Shown in pieces: positions 44,786 through 55,120 of a stretch of 64,000 nt of DNA. This stretch comes from Syntrophorhabdaceae bacterium (GTDB taxonomy: Bacteria > Desulfobacterota > Syntrophorhabdia > Syntrophorhabdales > Syntrophorhabdaceae). Below the pieces are notes generated by a model that saw nothing but the letters and a program-made list of their open reading frames with translations, was not told the origin of the DNA and searched no databases. Each line of letters begins with the position of its first letter. The stretch's first letter is position 1. Made by a program: the position numbers and the translations under genes. The DNA is taken from assembly GCA_963665295.1 (NCBI GenBank), contig OY762209.1, forward strand, positions 3,008,001 through 3,072,000, read 5' to 3'.

Positions 44786-45883
44786 ATGACAAAACTGGAG
44801 ACTATTCTCGATATTTCACACACATTGACAAGGGACGACCTGATCTATCTCCTCGGCCTCACGGAGAGGGACGCCATGGAGAAGCTTTTCGACAGAGCCT
44901 ATGAAGCAAAGACAAAATATGTAGGGAACAAAGTCTACTTCAGGGGTATAATCGAGTTCAGCAATATCTGTGAAAAGGACTGTTTTTACTGCGGGATCAG
45001 GAAAAGCAACCGGAATGTCGTCCGATACCGGATGAGCGAAGAGGAGATCCTGGAGGGCGCCCGCTTTGCGTACGAGAGCAACTACGGCTCCGTTGTGCTC
45101 CAGTCGGGAGAAAGGTCGGACCCGGTGTTCGCCGGTTTTGTCGAGAGGGTGGTAAAAGCCATAAAGGAGTTGAGTAATGGAAATCTCGGCATCACCCTGT
45201 CCCTCGGTGAACAGAGCGACGAGACCTACCGCCGCTGGTTCGCCGCGGGCGCACACCGTTATCTGCTCAGGATCGAAACGTCGAACGAGGCTTTATACGG
45301 GCGACTTCATCCTCGGGATCACAGTTTCCGGAAGAGGCTCGAATGCCTCGGCATACTTGCGGGAATCGGCTACCAGGTAGGTACGGGGGTTATGATCGGC
45401 CTTCCGGGCCAAACCCTGGAGGACCTTGCCGACGACATACTCTTCTTCGAAAAAATGGATATCGCCATGGTGGGCATGGGACCTTATCTCGTCCACAAGG
45501 ATACGCCCCTTTCATCGGAGATATCCGATTTTGAGGCTATCAAGGAAAGGCAGCTCGATCTCGCTCTTAAGATGATCGCGGTCACCAGACTCTACCTGAA
45601 GGATGTGAACATTGCTTCCACAACGGCCCTCCAGGCGCTGGCGCCGACGGGCAGGGAAATGGGCCTGAGAGCGGGGGCCAATATCATCATGCCCAACATT
45701 ACCATCACCAGGTATCGTTCATCCTATCAACTCTACGACAACAAGCCCTGTCTGGATGAAAACGCCTCCTTCTGCAGGGCCTGCCTCGAACAAAGGATCG
45801 AGTCTGTAGGAGAATCGATCGGGTTCAACGAGTGGGGTGATTCTCCCCACTTCAAAAAGAAGACGGAAGGACGGGGTCCATAA
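44786..45883 (+). CDS. hydE: [FeFe]-hydrogenase maturase HydE (radical SAM)
   Basis: RGIIEFSNICEKDCFYCG, VLQSGE, RYLLRIETS, GANIIMPN, YQLY.NK HydE C-terminal motif. Confidence 0.92.
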   Translation: MTKLETILDISHTLTRDDLIYLLGLTERDAMEKLFDRAYEAKTKYVGNKVYFRGIIEFSNICEKDCFYCGIRKSNRNVVRYRMSEEEILEGARFAYESNYGSVVLQSGERSDPVFAGFVERVVKAIKELSNGNLGITLSLGEQSDETYRRWFAAGAHRYLLRIETSNEALYGRLHPRDHSFRKRLECLGILAGIGYQVGTGVMIGLPGQTLEDLADDILFFEKMDIAMVGMGPYLVHKDTPLSSEISDFEAIKERQLDLALKMIAVTRLYLKDVNIASTTALQALAPTGREMGLRAGANIIMPNITITRYRSSYQLYDNKPCLDENASFCRACLEQRIESVGESIGFNEWGDSPHFKKKTEGRGP

Positions 45884-45936
45884 CCCTCAACCCGGATTCG
45901 AGTCGATGGACGGCTTTCCCGGACCGGACACAAACG

Positions 45937-46827
45937 TCACGGCTCGCCCGGTTTCTCCCCCCTGAGGTGGAGCCTGAGTCTCAAAAAGAGATACCAGAGC
46001 ATGATGATTACCCATCTCCAGAGGACGAATACCACGACTATTCCCAGCACGTGCACATTGGGGTATGAGGTATGGGCGATGAGGAGGACCGCCGCGAGGT
46101 TGCCGAGGGAGGCAGTGAGCCCCAGGCTTATGCGGTCTTTCCGGGTCGAGCCTCCCGCATAGTAGCCGGCGACTATGGCGAAGGATACGACGAAGAATAT
46201 ACAGACGTAAGAGGCGACCGTCAGTTTCGAAAGGTCTTTTATCCCGACTATGAGCCCCGCAATACCCAGAAATATGATGCACACACGGAAGCACCACTCC
46301 AGGACCCGTTGAAGTACGGCCGTAAAGGCAGGAAGGTAACGGTGGAGCGTTATCCCCACGAGCAGGGGGACGACGGTAACAGGGAGAATGGTCCACCAGA
46401 GGCGTAGGGGCGGCACTGTGAAGCGAAGGGGAAACCATTTGCCCACAACCCATAACCAGAAGGTGACGGTGAAAGGCATTATGAGACATAGAAGGGACAT
46501 GGTCGCAGCCGCAAGGTTTATGCTCCCCCGCTTACTCTTCGCCTCGAGGAGCGCGAAAGAATCGCCGGGGGCCACGCCTGCGATAAGCACGATTCCTCCC
46601 ACAAGGAGGGGTATATCGAAGGCTTTCACCGCGCCCGCAGTTACGAGGGGAACAATAAAACTCGTCACGAAAAACGCCTTGACGAGGGTCCAGGGCCGTC
46701 TGAATTCAGCGACGAGGTCCTCCACGGTAACCCTTGAGCTGATGATGAGGACGACCATGGGAAAAGCGGCGTGAGCCAGGAGTTCACCGGTCGTTGTCAG
46801 CAGATTCTTCAAGAAGAGCATATCCAT
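45937..46827 (-). CDS. Membrane transporter, bile acid:Na+ symporter (BASS/SBF)-like
   Basis: About 9-10 hydrophobic segments; 'P.TLVKA......IVP', 'GVAPG', 'VPLLVG' pattern. Confidence 0.65.
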   Translation of the reverse strand: MDMLFLKNLLTTTGELLAHAAFPMVVLIISSRVTVEDLVAEFRRPWTLVKAFFVTSFIVPLVTAGAVKAFDIPLLVGGIVLIAGVAPGDSFALLEAKSKRGSINLAAATMSLLCLIMPFTVTFWLWVVGKWFPLRFTVPPLRLWWTILPVTVVPLLVGITLHRYLPAFTAVLQRVLEWCFRVCIIFLGIAGLIVGIKDLSKLTVASYVCIFFVVSFAIVAGYYAGGSTRKDRISLGLTASLGNLAAVLLIAHTSYPNVHVLGIVVVFVLWRWVIIMLWYLFLRLRLHLRGEKPGEP

Positions 46828-47187
46828 TCAAGACTCCCGGTCGTTTATCGTAGAGAACCCGTCTTTGCCTGCAGGTCGCAACGAAGCGGTGCGCCTGAGC
46901 CCCTATGGTAAAAGACGGGCGGCCCTTTGTCAACGGTTTTCTCCCGTTCCGTCAGGATGGAAGGCGAAGGGGCGGACGAGGAACGGTAGTATAACATAAT
47001 ATGCAATAGTTATGAAGACTTAAGAAATATAGTTAAGATATGACAGGAAGTATTTCAGGCAACAATCTACCTGCCCTGGATATTTATCGCGAACCGGGGT
47101 CTCTGTTGCGAAAATTCCGGTCAATGCTTATAAAACGGAAAAGACTACGAGAAGGCCGTCCTGACCGGGACGGCGAAAGGGGAGAAT

Positions 47188-47616
47188 ATGGCCATAAACG
47201 AGTCGGACCTTTTTAAGGGTGTGAGCCAGCGTTTCATTACAAAGGTGGCCAAAGGGGCTGAGGAGCAGGCTTTCAAGAAGGGTACGGTGATCTTCAGGAC
47301 CGGGGAGAATGCCTCTCACTTCTATGTGCTCATCCAGGGCGATGTCCACATCGAAATCGGGACAGGAGAAAGTGCGACCCTCGCGGTGACCCGACCCGGG
47401 GAGGTCTTCGGTTGGTCGGCCCTCGTCGAACCCTACATGTTCACTGCCGTCGCGAAATGCGTGGAAGAGACGAAGGTGGTCAAGATCTCACGAGACCTGG
47501 TGGAAGCGGCGATAAGGGAACACCCGGACGAAGGCCTGGCCGTTCTCAAGAATCTGGCCGGCATCATTGCGGGCAGGCTCCGCTACGCATACAGGCAGCT
47601 TGTGCCCGAGGCGTAG
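47188..47616 (+). CDS. Stand-alone cyclic-nucleotide-binding domain protein (no HTH)
   Basis: FKKGTVIFRTGE.A.HFYVL.QG.V...GEVFGWSALV CNBD signature; 142 aa. Confidence 0.88.
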   Translation: MAINESDLFKGVSQRFITKVAKGAEEQAFKKGTVIFRTGENASHFYVLIQGDVHIEIGTGESATLAVTRPGEVFGWSALVEPYMFTAVAKCVEETKVVKISRDLVEAAIREHPDEGLAVLKNLAGIIAGRLRYAYRQLVPEA

Positions 47617-47663
47617 AAGCGGGGTCCGAAGGGGGAGTACCGTGTGCGGGATCAGGTCTTCCC

Positions 47664-48650
47664 TTACACGAAGTTGCGCCAGTTTGAGCGAAGATTGTTA
47701 ATATCCTTGTAAAGATGCGTGTGCCTTTGTTTGTCGTAATCGAGGAGATAATCAATAAACGCGGGCAAATAGCCCTGTTCCTTGAGGGTCCTCAGGATAT
47801 TGCCGATGTCTGATTCCAGGAGGGAAGGGTCCGAATAATCATTGTGTCTCCCGGAATGGTGGCGGTTTATGAGCCCTTCTATGAGTACTATAAAGATGAT
47901 AACCACCTTGTTCGGGATAAGCACCCATTGGCTGTGAAGTTTCATATTTTCGAGAAGCTTCCCCAGGAAGGCTCTCACGGTAACGAGGGAGGCGCGATCA
48001 AGGAGGACCTTGACGAAGAAGCAGAAGGTATTGAGATATTTGTCGATATCCTCGATGTGAGATTTGAGCATCTCCTCAAAATACATGGTGTCTATGATCT
48101 GGGCTACCGAGTTCTCGTTCGGCAGGAGGAGGCGTTTTTTCCCCTCGTACCCTCTCTTCGGGAGGTATTCCTCATATTCCATATAGTCCACGTCCTGCTC
48201 CAGTTCTCGGGACGCACTTTCCTGAGGAGAAAAGAGATCGTCGTCCACGATGATCCCGGAGATGTTGAGGGTCGATTCAAGGCGGTACGCCTTGAGATAA
48301 CCTTCCCCGAGAAAAGGAAGTATTATTTTGTCCTTATTCGTGAACGAGCCGGAATCGTATCTGGTGACGCTTCCCCGGGCTATGCCCCCTCTCAACCAGA
48401 AATCATGGAGTATCCCCCACGTGTAAAGGGCCTGGGTGCCCCTCTTTGCTTTCTTGAAGCTTTCCGAAAAAATAACGATACTGTCGGAAAAGAGAAGGAC
48501 CTTCACGTCCTGATCGTCGATCCCCTTGATTACTTTGATAAGGTTCTCATACCTCTGGGTCAGGTCCCCCGACATGAACCTCGAGGTGAAACCGAGGACG
48601 TCAAAATAGGAGACGTATGCATTTTCGATGGCCACTTTGTCGGGATTCAT
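47664..48650 (-). CDS. Hypothetical protein with a divergent class III nucleotide-cyclase-like (palm) N-terminal domain
   Basis: YFDVLGFT...FSDSIVIF...LRGGIARG...GEGYLKAYRLES, resembling the two-Asp cyclase metal-binding layout; helical C-terminal half. Confidence 0.55.
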   Translation of the reverse strand: MNPDKVAIENAYVSYFDVLGFTSRFMSGDLTQRYENLIKVIKGIDDQDVKVLLFSDSIVIFSESFKKAKRGTQALYTWGILHDFWLRGGIARGSVTRYDSGSFTNKDKIILPFLGEGYLKAYRLESTLNISGIIVDDDLFSPQESASRELEQDVDYMEYEEYLPKRGYEGKKRLLLPNENSVAQIIDTMYFEEMLKSHIEDIDKYLNTFCFFVKVLLDRASLVTVRAFLGKLLENMKLHSQWVLIPNKVVIIFIVLIEGLINRHHSGRHNDYSDPSLLESDIGNILRTLKEQGYLPAFIDYLLDYDKQRHTHLYKDINNLRSNWRNFV

Positions 48651-48822
48651 TTCGTATACACATTATATGGGGGAAGAGGAGGGGAAATCAACAGGGTTTT
48701 GAAAGGAGCCGGTTCTGTCTCGTAAACTTCCGAATAATATGATAAGAATATTTCAGGGGAATTATCGCGGACGGTTTTGTTCCCCGTGAGGGAGAACCGA
48801 AAAGAAAGGGGGCAGGAAGGCG

Positions 48823-49983
48823 ATGGATTCATTGATGACCACCGGAAACGAATATCGAGCCGTTTTTGAAAATACGGGAACCGCCACTATCATTGTGGAG
48901 GCCGACACGACCATAGCACTTGCGAACGGTACGTTCACCGGTTTGTCCGGCTATGGAAAAGAAGAAATTGAGGGAAAGAAGAGCTGGACCGAATTTATCC
49001 TGAAAGACGACCTCGATCGTATGCTTACCTATCATCACATGAGGAGGAACGATCCGCAAGGGGCCCCGAGGAATTACGAGGTACGGTTCATCTGCAGAGA
49101 TGGGACCGTCAGGAACACCTATGTGACGGTGGATATGATACCTTCTTCGCCGAAGAGCGTGCTGTCCTTCATGGATATTACGGATCTGAAAAAGGCGGAA
49201 CAGCGGGTCCGGCACATGAACGAGGAACTGGAGGAACGTGTAACCGAGCGTACCGCCCAACTTCAGGCCGCCAACAAGGAACTGGAGGCCTTTTCCTATT
49301 CCGTTTCCCACGACCTCCGTACACCCCTTATTACCATCGAGGGTTTTTCGCGGCTCCTCTTAAAGAAACATGCGGGACACCTTGACCCGGACGGCTTAAG
49401 GCTCCTCGATGCCATTTCCCAGGCGGCAAGGCAGATGGGGCAGCTTATCAACGACCTCCTTATGCTTTCTCACCTGAAGAAGGAGGAATTCACGTTATTG
49501 GAGGTTGACATGGGGGAACTGGCGCGGACCACCTTCGCCGAGTTGAAAGCCATTACCCCCGACCGCGACATAGACTTTGTTCTTGCCGATATGCCGCCGG
49601 CCTTTGGCGACAGACTCATGATCCATCAGGTCTATACGAACCTCCTTTCCAATGCCATCAAGTTCTCCAGGACAAAAAAGCATGCCGTCATCGAGGTGGG
49701 AGGGTTCAGAAGGGCGGAGGCAAACGTCTACTATGTGAAAGACAACGGGGTGGGCTTCGACATGCACTATGCGGACCGGCTTTTCGGCGTCTTCCAGAGG
49801 CTCCACAGTCAGGACGAATTCGAGGGGACAGGCGTAGGCCTTGCCATCGTGAAGAGGATCATAACCCGGCTCGGAGGAAAGGTCTGGGCCCTGGGAAAGG
49901 GAGGAGAGGGGGCCACATTCTTTTTTACCCTGCCTTTCGACGGGCAAGGAAACCTGAACCGGGATGACGCCCTTAAAGCATAA
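48823..49983 (+). CDS. Cytoplasmic PAS-domain sensor histidine kinase
   Basis: PAS domain, coiled coil, LEAFSYSVSHDLRTPL H-box, NLLSNAIKF, DNGVGF, GTGVGL. Confidence 0.92.
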   Translation: MDSLMTTGNEYRAVFENTGTATIIVEADTTIALANGTFTGLSGYGKEEIEGKKSWTEFILKDDLDRMLTYHHMRRNDPQGAPRNYEVRFICRDGTVRNTYVTVDMIPSSPKSVLSFMDITDLKKAEQRVRHMNEELEERVTERTAQLQAANKELEAFSYSVSHDLRTPLITIEGFSRLLLKKHAGHLDPDGLRLLDAISQAARQMGQLINDLLMLSHLKKEEFTLLEVDMGELARTTFAELKAITPDRDIDFVLADMPPAFGDRLMIHQVYTNLLSNAIKFSRTKKHAVIEVGGFRRAEANVYYVKDNGVGFDMHYADRLFGVFQRLHSQDEFEGTGVGLAIVKRIITRLGGKVWALGKGGEGATFFFTLPFDGQGNLNRDDALKA

Positions 49984-50731
49984 GCCTTTGCGGGTCGACT
50001 TCCTCCGTCAGAATGCGAAGCTCCTCGGCTGACGGCGGAGCCGCTTCCACCGCCCTCGACACGTCCAGGGGGAAGCCGGTGTTCTCGATTATCCTGTCGA
50101 TCGACACCCCGGGATAATATTCCGCGAGATAGGCCTCCCGCGTCGTCTCGTCAAACTTCAGCACCGCGAGGTTGGTGACGACAGCGAGGGTCCCGCCCCG
50201 GGTAAGGCCGAGTGTGCGCCGTGAGTCGCCCCCTTCGTGCCAGCCCAGGCTGGTACGGTAATCGAGCTTCTCCACGAATCTCCTCTTCTGGTGCTGCATA
50301 AAGGTGATGACCCCGGAGGCGAAGGTTGCCACGTCGCACGCGCCCCCGCTTCCCGAGAACCGTGTTTTCGGCCGGTGGTAATCGCCGATGCACGTGGTGT
50401 TCAGGTTTCCATACCTGTCGATCTGGGCGGCCCCGAGAAGGGCGATGGTATGGAGCCGCCGGTGCCCTGCGATGGAGAAAGCCTCGATCAGGCCCGAATT
50501 CAAAGCGGTCCCGCTCATGACCCTCGAATCCGCGACAGCCATGGGGATTTCGTCGAGAGAGGGATCGATCCCGCCCGTTTCGAAGAAGACCACCGCCTTG
50601 GGCGCGTAAATCCTTTTGGCCACGGTGGCCGCGAGCATGGATACCCCCGTTCCCGCAAAAAGTATATCGCCGTTTCGCGTAAACCTTCCCGCGCTGATCG
50701 CCATCATCTCGTTGTCCGTATAATCGGCCAT
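49973..50731 (-). CDS. Family I CoA-transferase subunit B (glutaconate CoA-transferase GctB-like)
   Basis: FAGTG, FFETGG (catalytic Glu position), GAAQIDRYGNLNTT, GSGGACD. Confidence 0.85.
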   Translation of the reverse strand: MADYTDNEMMAISAGRFTRNGDILFAGTGVSMLAATVAKRIYAPKAVVFFETGGIDPSLDEIPMAVADSRVMSGTALNSGLIEAFSIAGHRRLHTIALLGAAQIDRYGNLNTTCIGDYHRPKTRFSGSGGACDVATFASGVITFMQHQKRRFVEKLDYRTSLGWHEGGDSRRTLGLTRGGTLAVVTNLAVLKFDETTREAYLAEYYPGVSIDRIIENTGFPLDVSRAVEAAPPSAEELRILTEEVDPQRLML

Positions 50732-50742
50732 GGTATTCCTCC

Positions 50743-51720
50743 TCATTTTCTGTCAAGGCCGGGGGTGTAGCCGAGGACGCTGTCTGCCTTGATCGTGACG
50801 AGCGTCGCACCACCTATCTTATCGAGATATGCCTGGTGGGACGGTACGCCATATACCCACTCATCAAGATAATCCCTGAAAAGGGCGTCATCCTCCGCCA
50901 CCTTCTTATAGAGATTGAGGTGCGCCGCGTCGTAGTCGTAGAACGCGTAGCACGCGGTGGGGTGCGCGCCGTAGGGAACCTGCACGACGGCATCGATAAA
51001 GAAGGCGGGAAGCGAGTTCTGGTCGGGGTCCTGCCTTATGAAGGAGCGGGGCACAATCTCCTCGCAAGTGACAATGACTGCGTCCGCGGACTTGGCCTGC
51101 TCGATATCCGCAAAGGTGAGTCCCTTCATCCGGACCGTGCCGTCTTCTCCCACGTACTGGGCATGAATGAGGGCTACATCCGGGTTGAGGGCGGGGAGCA
51201 GCACAAACTTGTCGTCCTTATCGGTAAAAGGGTTTTGCATGAAGGCATATTTCTTCGGGGCAACCTTCCGCCCGGTCCTCGTCTCCGGAGAAAAACCTTC
51301 AAGTGTGATGAGGTCGGTTCCGAGGCCCGACTTGGTGGGCATGAAGGGGATGTTCAGCGCCCCTGCAAGGAACCTCAGGCTCATCTGGTAGTTCGAGTAG
51401 TCCTCAAACTCGATCCTGCCCTCCTGGATCGCCTTTTTGAATCGTACGCATGTAGGCGCGAACCTTCCGTTGCCTCCGTAAGCGATCTCGACCCTCCCCA
51501 CACAGCCGGCCCCGATCAGCACGTCGAGGGCCTGGCCATGGGAATGGCATACCAGGTGGATGTCCTTTATCCTTTGCCTCACTATCTCGTAGGCGACGGC
51601 CATAGGGTTTCTTGCAATGGTGAATCCCCCTATCGCTATCTGGCTTCCGTCTTTGATAAATCTCCTGACAGCTTCACTGAGGGTCATAAGCTTGTCTTCA
51701 ATTTCGGGGTATTTCTTCAT
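50743..51720 (-). CDS. Family I CoA-transferase subunit A (GctA-like)
   Basis: KLMTLSEAV..FI.DG, GGFT..RNPMA, DVLIGAG, PALNPDVALIHAQ, PYGAHP...YDYD. Confidence 0.87.
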   Translation of the reverse strand: MKKYPEIEDKLMTLSEAVRRFIKDGSQIAIGGFTIARNPMAVAYEIVRQRIKDIHLVCHSHGQALDVLIGAGCVGRVEIAYGGNGRFAPTCVRFKKAIQEGRIEFEDYSNYQMSLRFLAGALNIPFMPTKSGLGTDLITLEGFSPETRTGRKVAPKKYAFMQNPFTDKDDKFVLLPALNPDVALIHAQYVGEDGTVRMKGLTFADIEQAKSADAVIVTCEEIVPRSFIRQDPDQNSLPAFFIDAVVQVPYGAHPTACYAFYDYDAAHLNLYKKVAEDDALFRDYLDEWVYGVPSHQAYLDKIGGATLVTIKADSVLGYTPGLDRK

Positions 51721-51817
51721 TTGTTACGCTCCTGTTCCTTAAGGGCCGGCGCTCCGCCGGTCCCGGTGAGACGGGTTCCGGCGGGAACGCACGGCTTGAG
51801 CTGTCCGTGGCTCGATA

Positions 51818-53806
51818 TTATGTTGCGGGGGCTACGGCGCCGCTGCTTCCCTTCCTCAACACCTTCTGGGAGAGAAGCAGGAAGGCGAGGCAGACAAAGC
51901 CGATCACGTCCCCTATTGTATGGGGGTAGACAAAGGCAAGGGCCCCCACGATTGCGACAATCCGTTCCAGAAGGTTTTCCCTTTTCAGCAACCATGCCGA
52001 ACAACCCGAGGCGAGCATGCCGATACCGAGGAAAGCAGTGAATATGGTCCATAATCCCGCGACCGCCCCGATCCCTTCCCAGTGGAGGAGAAGCGCTCTG
52101 CCTCCGGGCAGGAGCACGAACACGAAGGGCAGGAGAAACGCCGTTACCGCGTATTTCCACGCCATGAAGGTCGTTTTGTACGGGTCGCCGCCCGTGATCG
52201 CCGCGGCGGCAAAGGGTGACAGGGCGGTGGGGGGCGAGACCTCCGACAGGAGGGCATAGTAGAAAATAAACATGTGGGCAGCATAATCCGGGACCCCGAG
52301 CTTTGTCAAGGCAGGGGCTACAATGACCGCCGCGATAATGTAGGTGGCGGTTATGGGCACTGCGAGTCCGATGACCCAGAGGATGATGCCTGCAAAAATG
52401 GCGGTGAAGAGCAGGCTCCCCCCCGCGTAGCCGATGATGATTGTGGAGAGCTTGAGACCGAGGCCGGTAAGGCTTACCGTCCCGACGATGATGCCTGCCG
52501 CCGCGCATATGGCGGCCACGTTGAGCACGGTGATGGACCCTTCCTTCAGGGCGGTAATGAGTTTTGACAAGGTAAAACGGGTCTCCTTTCTTACAAAGGA
52601 GGCGAGGAAGCACGTGATGATCGCCGCGAGCACGGAGACTTGCGGTGTATACCCTTTCACCAGGAAGACCACAATGGCGATGAGGGGCAGAAACTGGAAG
52701 CCGTTCAGCTTGGTCAATTGCCACAGGGTGTGTTTCTTCTCGATCTGCACGGCCTTGAGCCCGAATTTCTTGGCGTCGAACTCGACCATGAGGAGGAGGC
52801 CCCAGTAATAAAGGGCAGCAGGGATGGTGGCAAGGAAGATGACGTCAACGTAACTTATCTTCAGGAATTCCGCGATGAGGAATGCGGCAGCCCCCATGAC
52901 CGGGGGCGTCGTGATGGCGCCCATGCCCCCCGCGGCGAGAAAGCCGCCGGCATTGCTCTTGTCGTAGCCTGCCTTCTGGAGCATCGGGTAAGCTACGGAG
53001 CCGATGGCCACGGTATTGGCCACGCCGGAACCGGATGCCATGGCCAGAAGATAGGACGTGGCGACTACGGCCCGGCCCGCGGCGGTCGGTTTTCTCCCCA
53101 TGGCGGTAAAGGCGAAATCGACGAAGAATTTTCCCGCCCCCGAAACGGAGAGGAAACCGCCGAATATGCAGAACATAATGATGATGGTGGAGGACACGTC
53201 AATGGGCACTCCGAAAATACCCTCGAGGGTCATGTACATGTGACCGATAATACGCTCCACATCGTACCCCCTGTGTGTCCACGGGGCGGGCAGGAGAGCT
53301 CCGAAATATGCATAGGCGAGGAAGATGAGACACGTGACGGGCATGATCCAGCCGGAACTTCTTCTTGTCGCCTCGAGTACAAGGACGATAAAGACGATCC
53401 CCAGGATCTTGTCCCAGAGTTCCGGGGTCACGGCCCGGTAGATAAAGTCCTCGAAATCGATAAGCATATAGGCAATGCAGGCAATGGCTAAAAGGGCCAG
53501 GAATATGTCGAAGATGTTGATCTTTCCCTTGAACCGTTTTGCCATGGGATAGTAAAGAAAGGAGAGGGTGAGGAGAAACGCGACATGAACGCCCCTCAAT
53601 ATCTGGGTCGTTACCGGGAATATGGAGGAATAGATGGCAAAGAGCGACATTGCCACCGCCAGTATGGTGATGACGGAACTCCAAAAGCCCGTCACCTTTC
53701 TCGTAACGCCTTCTTCTTCCTCTATGAGTTGCTCGATCTTCTTTTTTTGTTCTTCTGAAAGCTGCTCAGCGGCGTTGTCGACCGCATTGACCCCTTTTTC
53801 TTCCAT
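51818..53806 (-). CDS. TRAP/TAXI fused permease (4TM/12TM)
   Basis: LEATRR, EGIFGVPI, SGSGVAN, PPVMGAAAF, SEVSPPTAL motifs. Confidence 0.92.
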   Translation of the reverse strand: MEEKGVNAVDNAAEQLSEEQKKKIEQLIEEEEGVTRKVTGFWSSVITILAVAMSLFAIYSSIFPVTTQILRGVHVAFLLTLSFLYYPMAKRFKGKINIFDIFLALLAIACIAYMLIDFEDFIYRAVTPELWDKILGIVFIVLVLEATRRSSGWIMPVTCLIFLAYAYFGALLPAPWTHRGYDVERIIGHMYMTLEGIFGVPIDVSSTIIIMFCIFGGFLSVSGAGKFFVDFAFTAMGRKPTAAGRAVVATSYLLAMASGSGVANTVAIGSVAYPMLQKAGYDKSNAGGFLAAGGMGAITTPPVMGAAAFLIAEFLKISYVDVIFLATIPAALYYWGLLLMVEFDAKKFGLKAVQIEKKHTLWQLTKLNGFQFLPLIAIVVFLVKGYTPQVSVLAAIITCFLASFVRKETRFTLSKLITALKEGSITVLNVAAICAAAGIIVGTVSLTGLGLKLSTIIIGYAGGSLLFTAIFAGIILWVIGLAVPITATYIIAAVIVAPALTKLGVPDYAAHMFIFYYALLSEVSPPTALSPFAAAAITGGDPYKTTFMAWKYAVTAFLLPFVFVLLPGGRALLLHWEGIGAVAGLWTIFTAFLGIGMLASGCSAWLLKRENLLERIVAIVGALAFVYPHTIGDVIGFVCLAFLLLSQKVLRKGSSGAVAPAT

Positions 53807-53919
53807 TGTTGCCTCCCGGAGATATTTTCCAAAATACAGGGAGAAGACTCTCGTTCACGGCCCGCGAACTGTCGAGGGTTCCTCCTTCGCTCTCTCAACA
53901 ACGAAAAAACAGGTTACCC

Positions 53920-54918
53920 TTATACAAAGACGTTTATTCCTTTTTCCTTGAAGAACTTCGCCGCCCCCCTGTGATAGGGCACGAACCTGTTCGACCCTCC
54001 TTCCTTGAGGGTAATGTTGTTCGCTTCCTTGTGAATGGCGGCCAGATCCTTCAAATGGTCGAATATGGTCTTTACGATGATGTACGCGAGTTGTTCGTCC
54101 ATGTCCTGGTGACACATGAGGAGGTTGCCTACGGCCGATACGGGCGTATCCGCATCCACCCCTGTGTATATCTTCTTCGGGATTACCGACTTGTAATAGA
54201 TGGGACCGTATTTTGCATTCATCTTATCCACAAGCTCGGCGTGGGGAATAAGTACCATCTTTACCCCCGGTGAGGCGGCTACATCGAGAACCGACGACGT
54301 AGGGACGCCGCCGGACCAGAAATAGGCATCTATTTTGCCGTCCTTAAGCGCACCACCGGATTCTGAAGCACCCAGACGGTCCTTTTTTATGTCCTTGTCG
54401 GGATTGAGGCCCGCTGCTTCGAGTATCCTGATGGCAATGACCTCGGTGCCGCTTCCCGGGGCGCCGGTGGAAACCCTTTTCCCTTTCAGGTCGCTTACCT
54501 TCTTTATTCCCTTTCCCTCGAGGGTCACCACGTGGTTCATGTGGGGGTATAAAACGGCAAGGGTTCTTAAAGGTATGGGCTTCTTGAAGATGGCCTGTCC
54601 CTTGTATGCATCGTAACCCGTGTCGGCAATAACCAGCCCCATGTCCGATTTCTTCGCGCCGAGGAGCTTGCAGTTATCCACCGACGCGGCGGTAACCTCT
54701 GCCGTGGCTTCGACCCCGGCATACTTGGTAAGGAGGCTCGCGATCCCTCCTCCGATCACGAAATAGACTCCGCCCATGCCGCCCGTGGCGATGGACACCC
54801 TCTTTCTGGCTTGCCCAAAGACATCCAGCGGGCCAAGAAGCACCGCACCGCCTGCGACAGTAACGAGTTTAAGAAAATCCCGGCGACCAATCCTCCTGTA
54901 ACCTTCGTCATTCTTCAT
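53920..54918 (-). CDS. TAXI-family TRAP solute receptor with Tat-like signal
   Basis: RRDFLK twin-arginine motif; IATGGMGGVY, TAASVDN, DLKGKRVSTGAPGSGTE, LKDGKIDA. Confidence 0.92.
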   Translation of the reverse strand: MKNDEGYRRIGRRDFLKLVTVAGGAVLLGPLDVFGQARKRVSIATGGMGGVYFVIGGGIASLLTKYAGVEATAEVTAASVDNCKLLGAKKSDMGLVIADTGYDAYKGQAIFKKPIPLRTLAVLYPHMNHVVTLEGKGIKKVSDLKGKRVSTGAPGSGTEVIAIRILEAAGLNPDKDIKKDRLGASESGGALKDGKIDAYFWSGGVPTSSVLDVAASPGVKMVLIPHAELVDKMNAKYGPIYYKSVIPKKIYTGVDADTPVSAVGNLLMCHQDMDEQLAYIIVKTIFDHLKDLAAIHKEANNITLKEGGSNRFVPYHRGAAKFFKEKGINVFV

Positions 54919-55120
54919 TTTTGCAGCCCTCCCTCGATTAATCTTTGTGACTTCACGAACATGGTGGTTCCATTACAACTGATAGTACCCTCCCTGATCA
55001 GAAATGCGTCGCTCCCGGGCAGTGCCGTGTAAACCTGCCTCGTGCGGCACACCAACTATCGTCCCCCTTCCGGCCTTTAATCCGGTCACCCCCTCTCTGC
55101 TCCAAAAGTATGGAGCAGAT

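Noticed and set aside
46858..46986. Hairpins upstream of the BASS-like transporter as a riboswitch
   Set aside because: Stems are present but no recognisable aptamer consensus; could be chance GC-rich pairing
51717..52724. 335-aa same-strand alternative-frame ORF
   Set aside because: Overlaps the TAXI permease out of frame and has an Arg/His/Pro-rich off-frame composition
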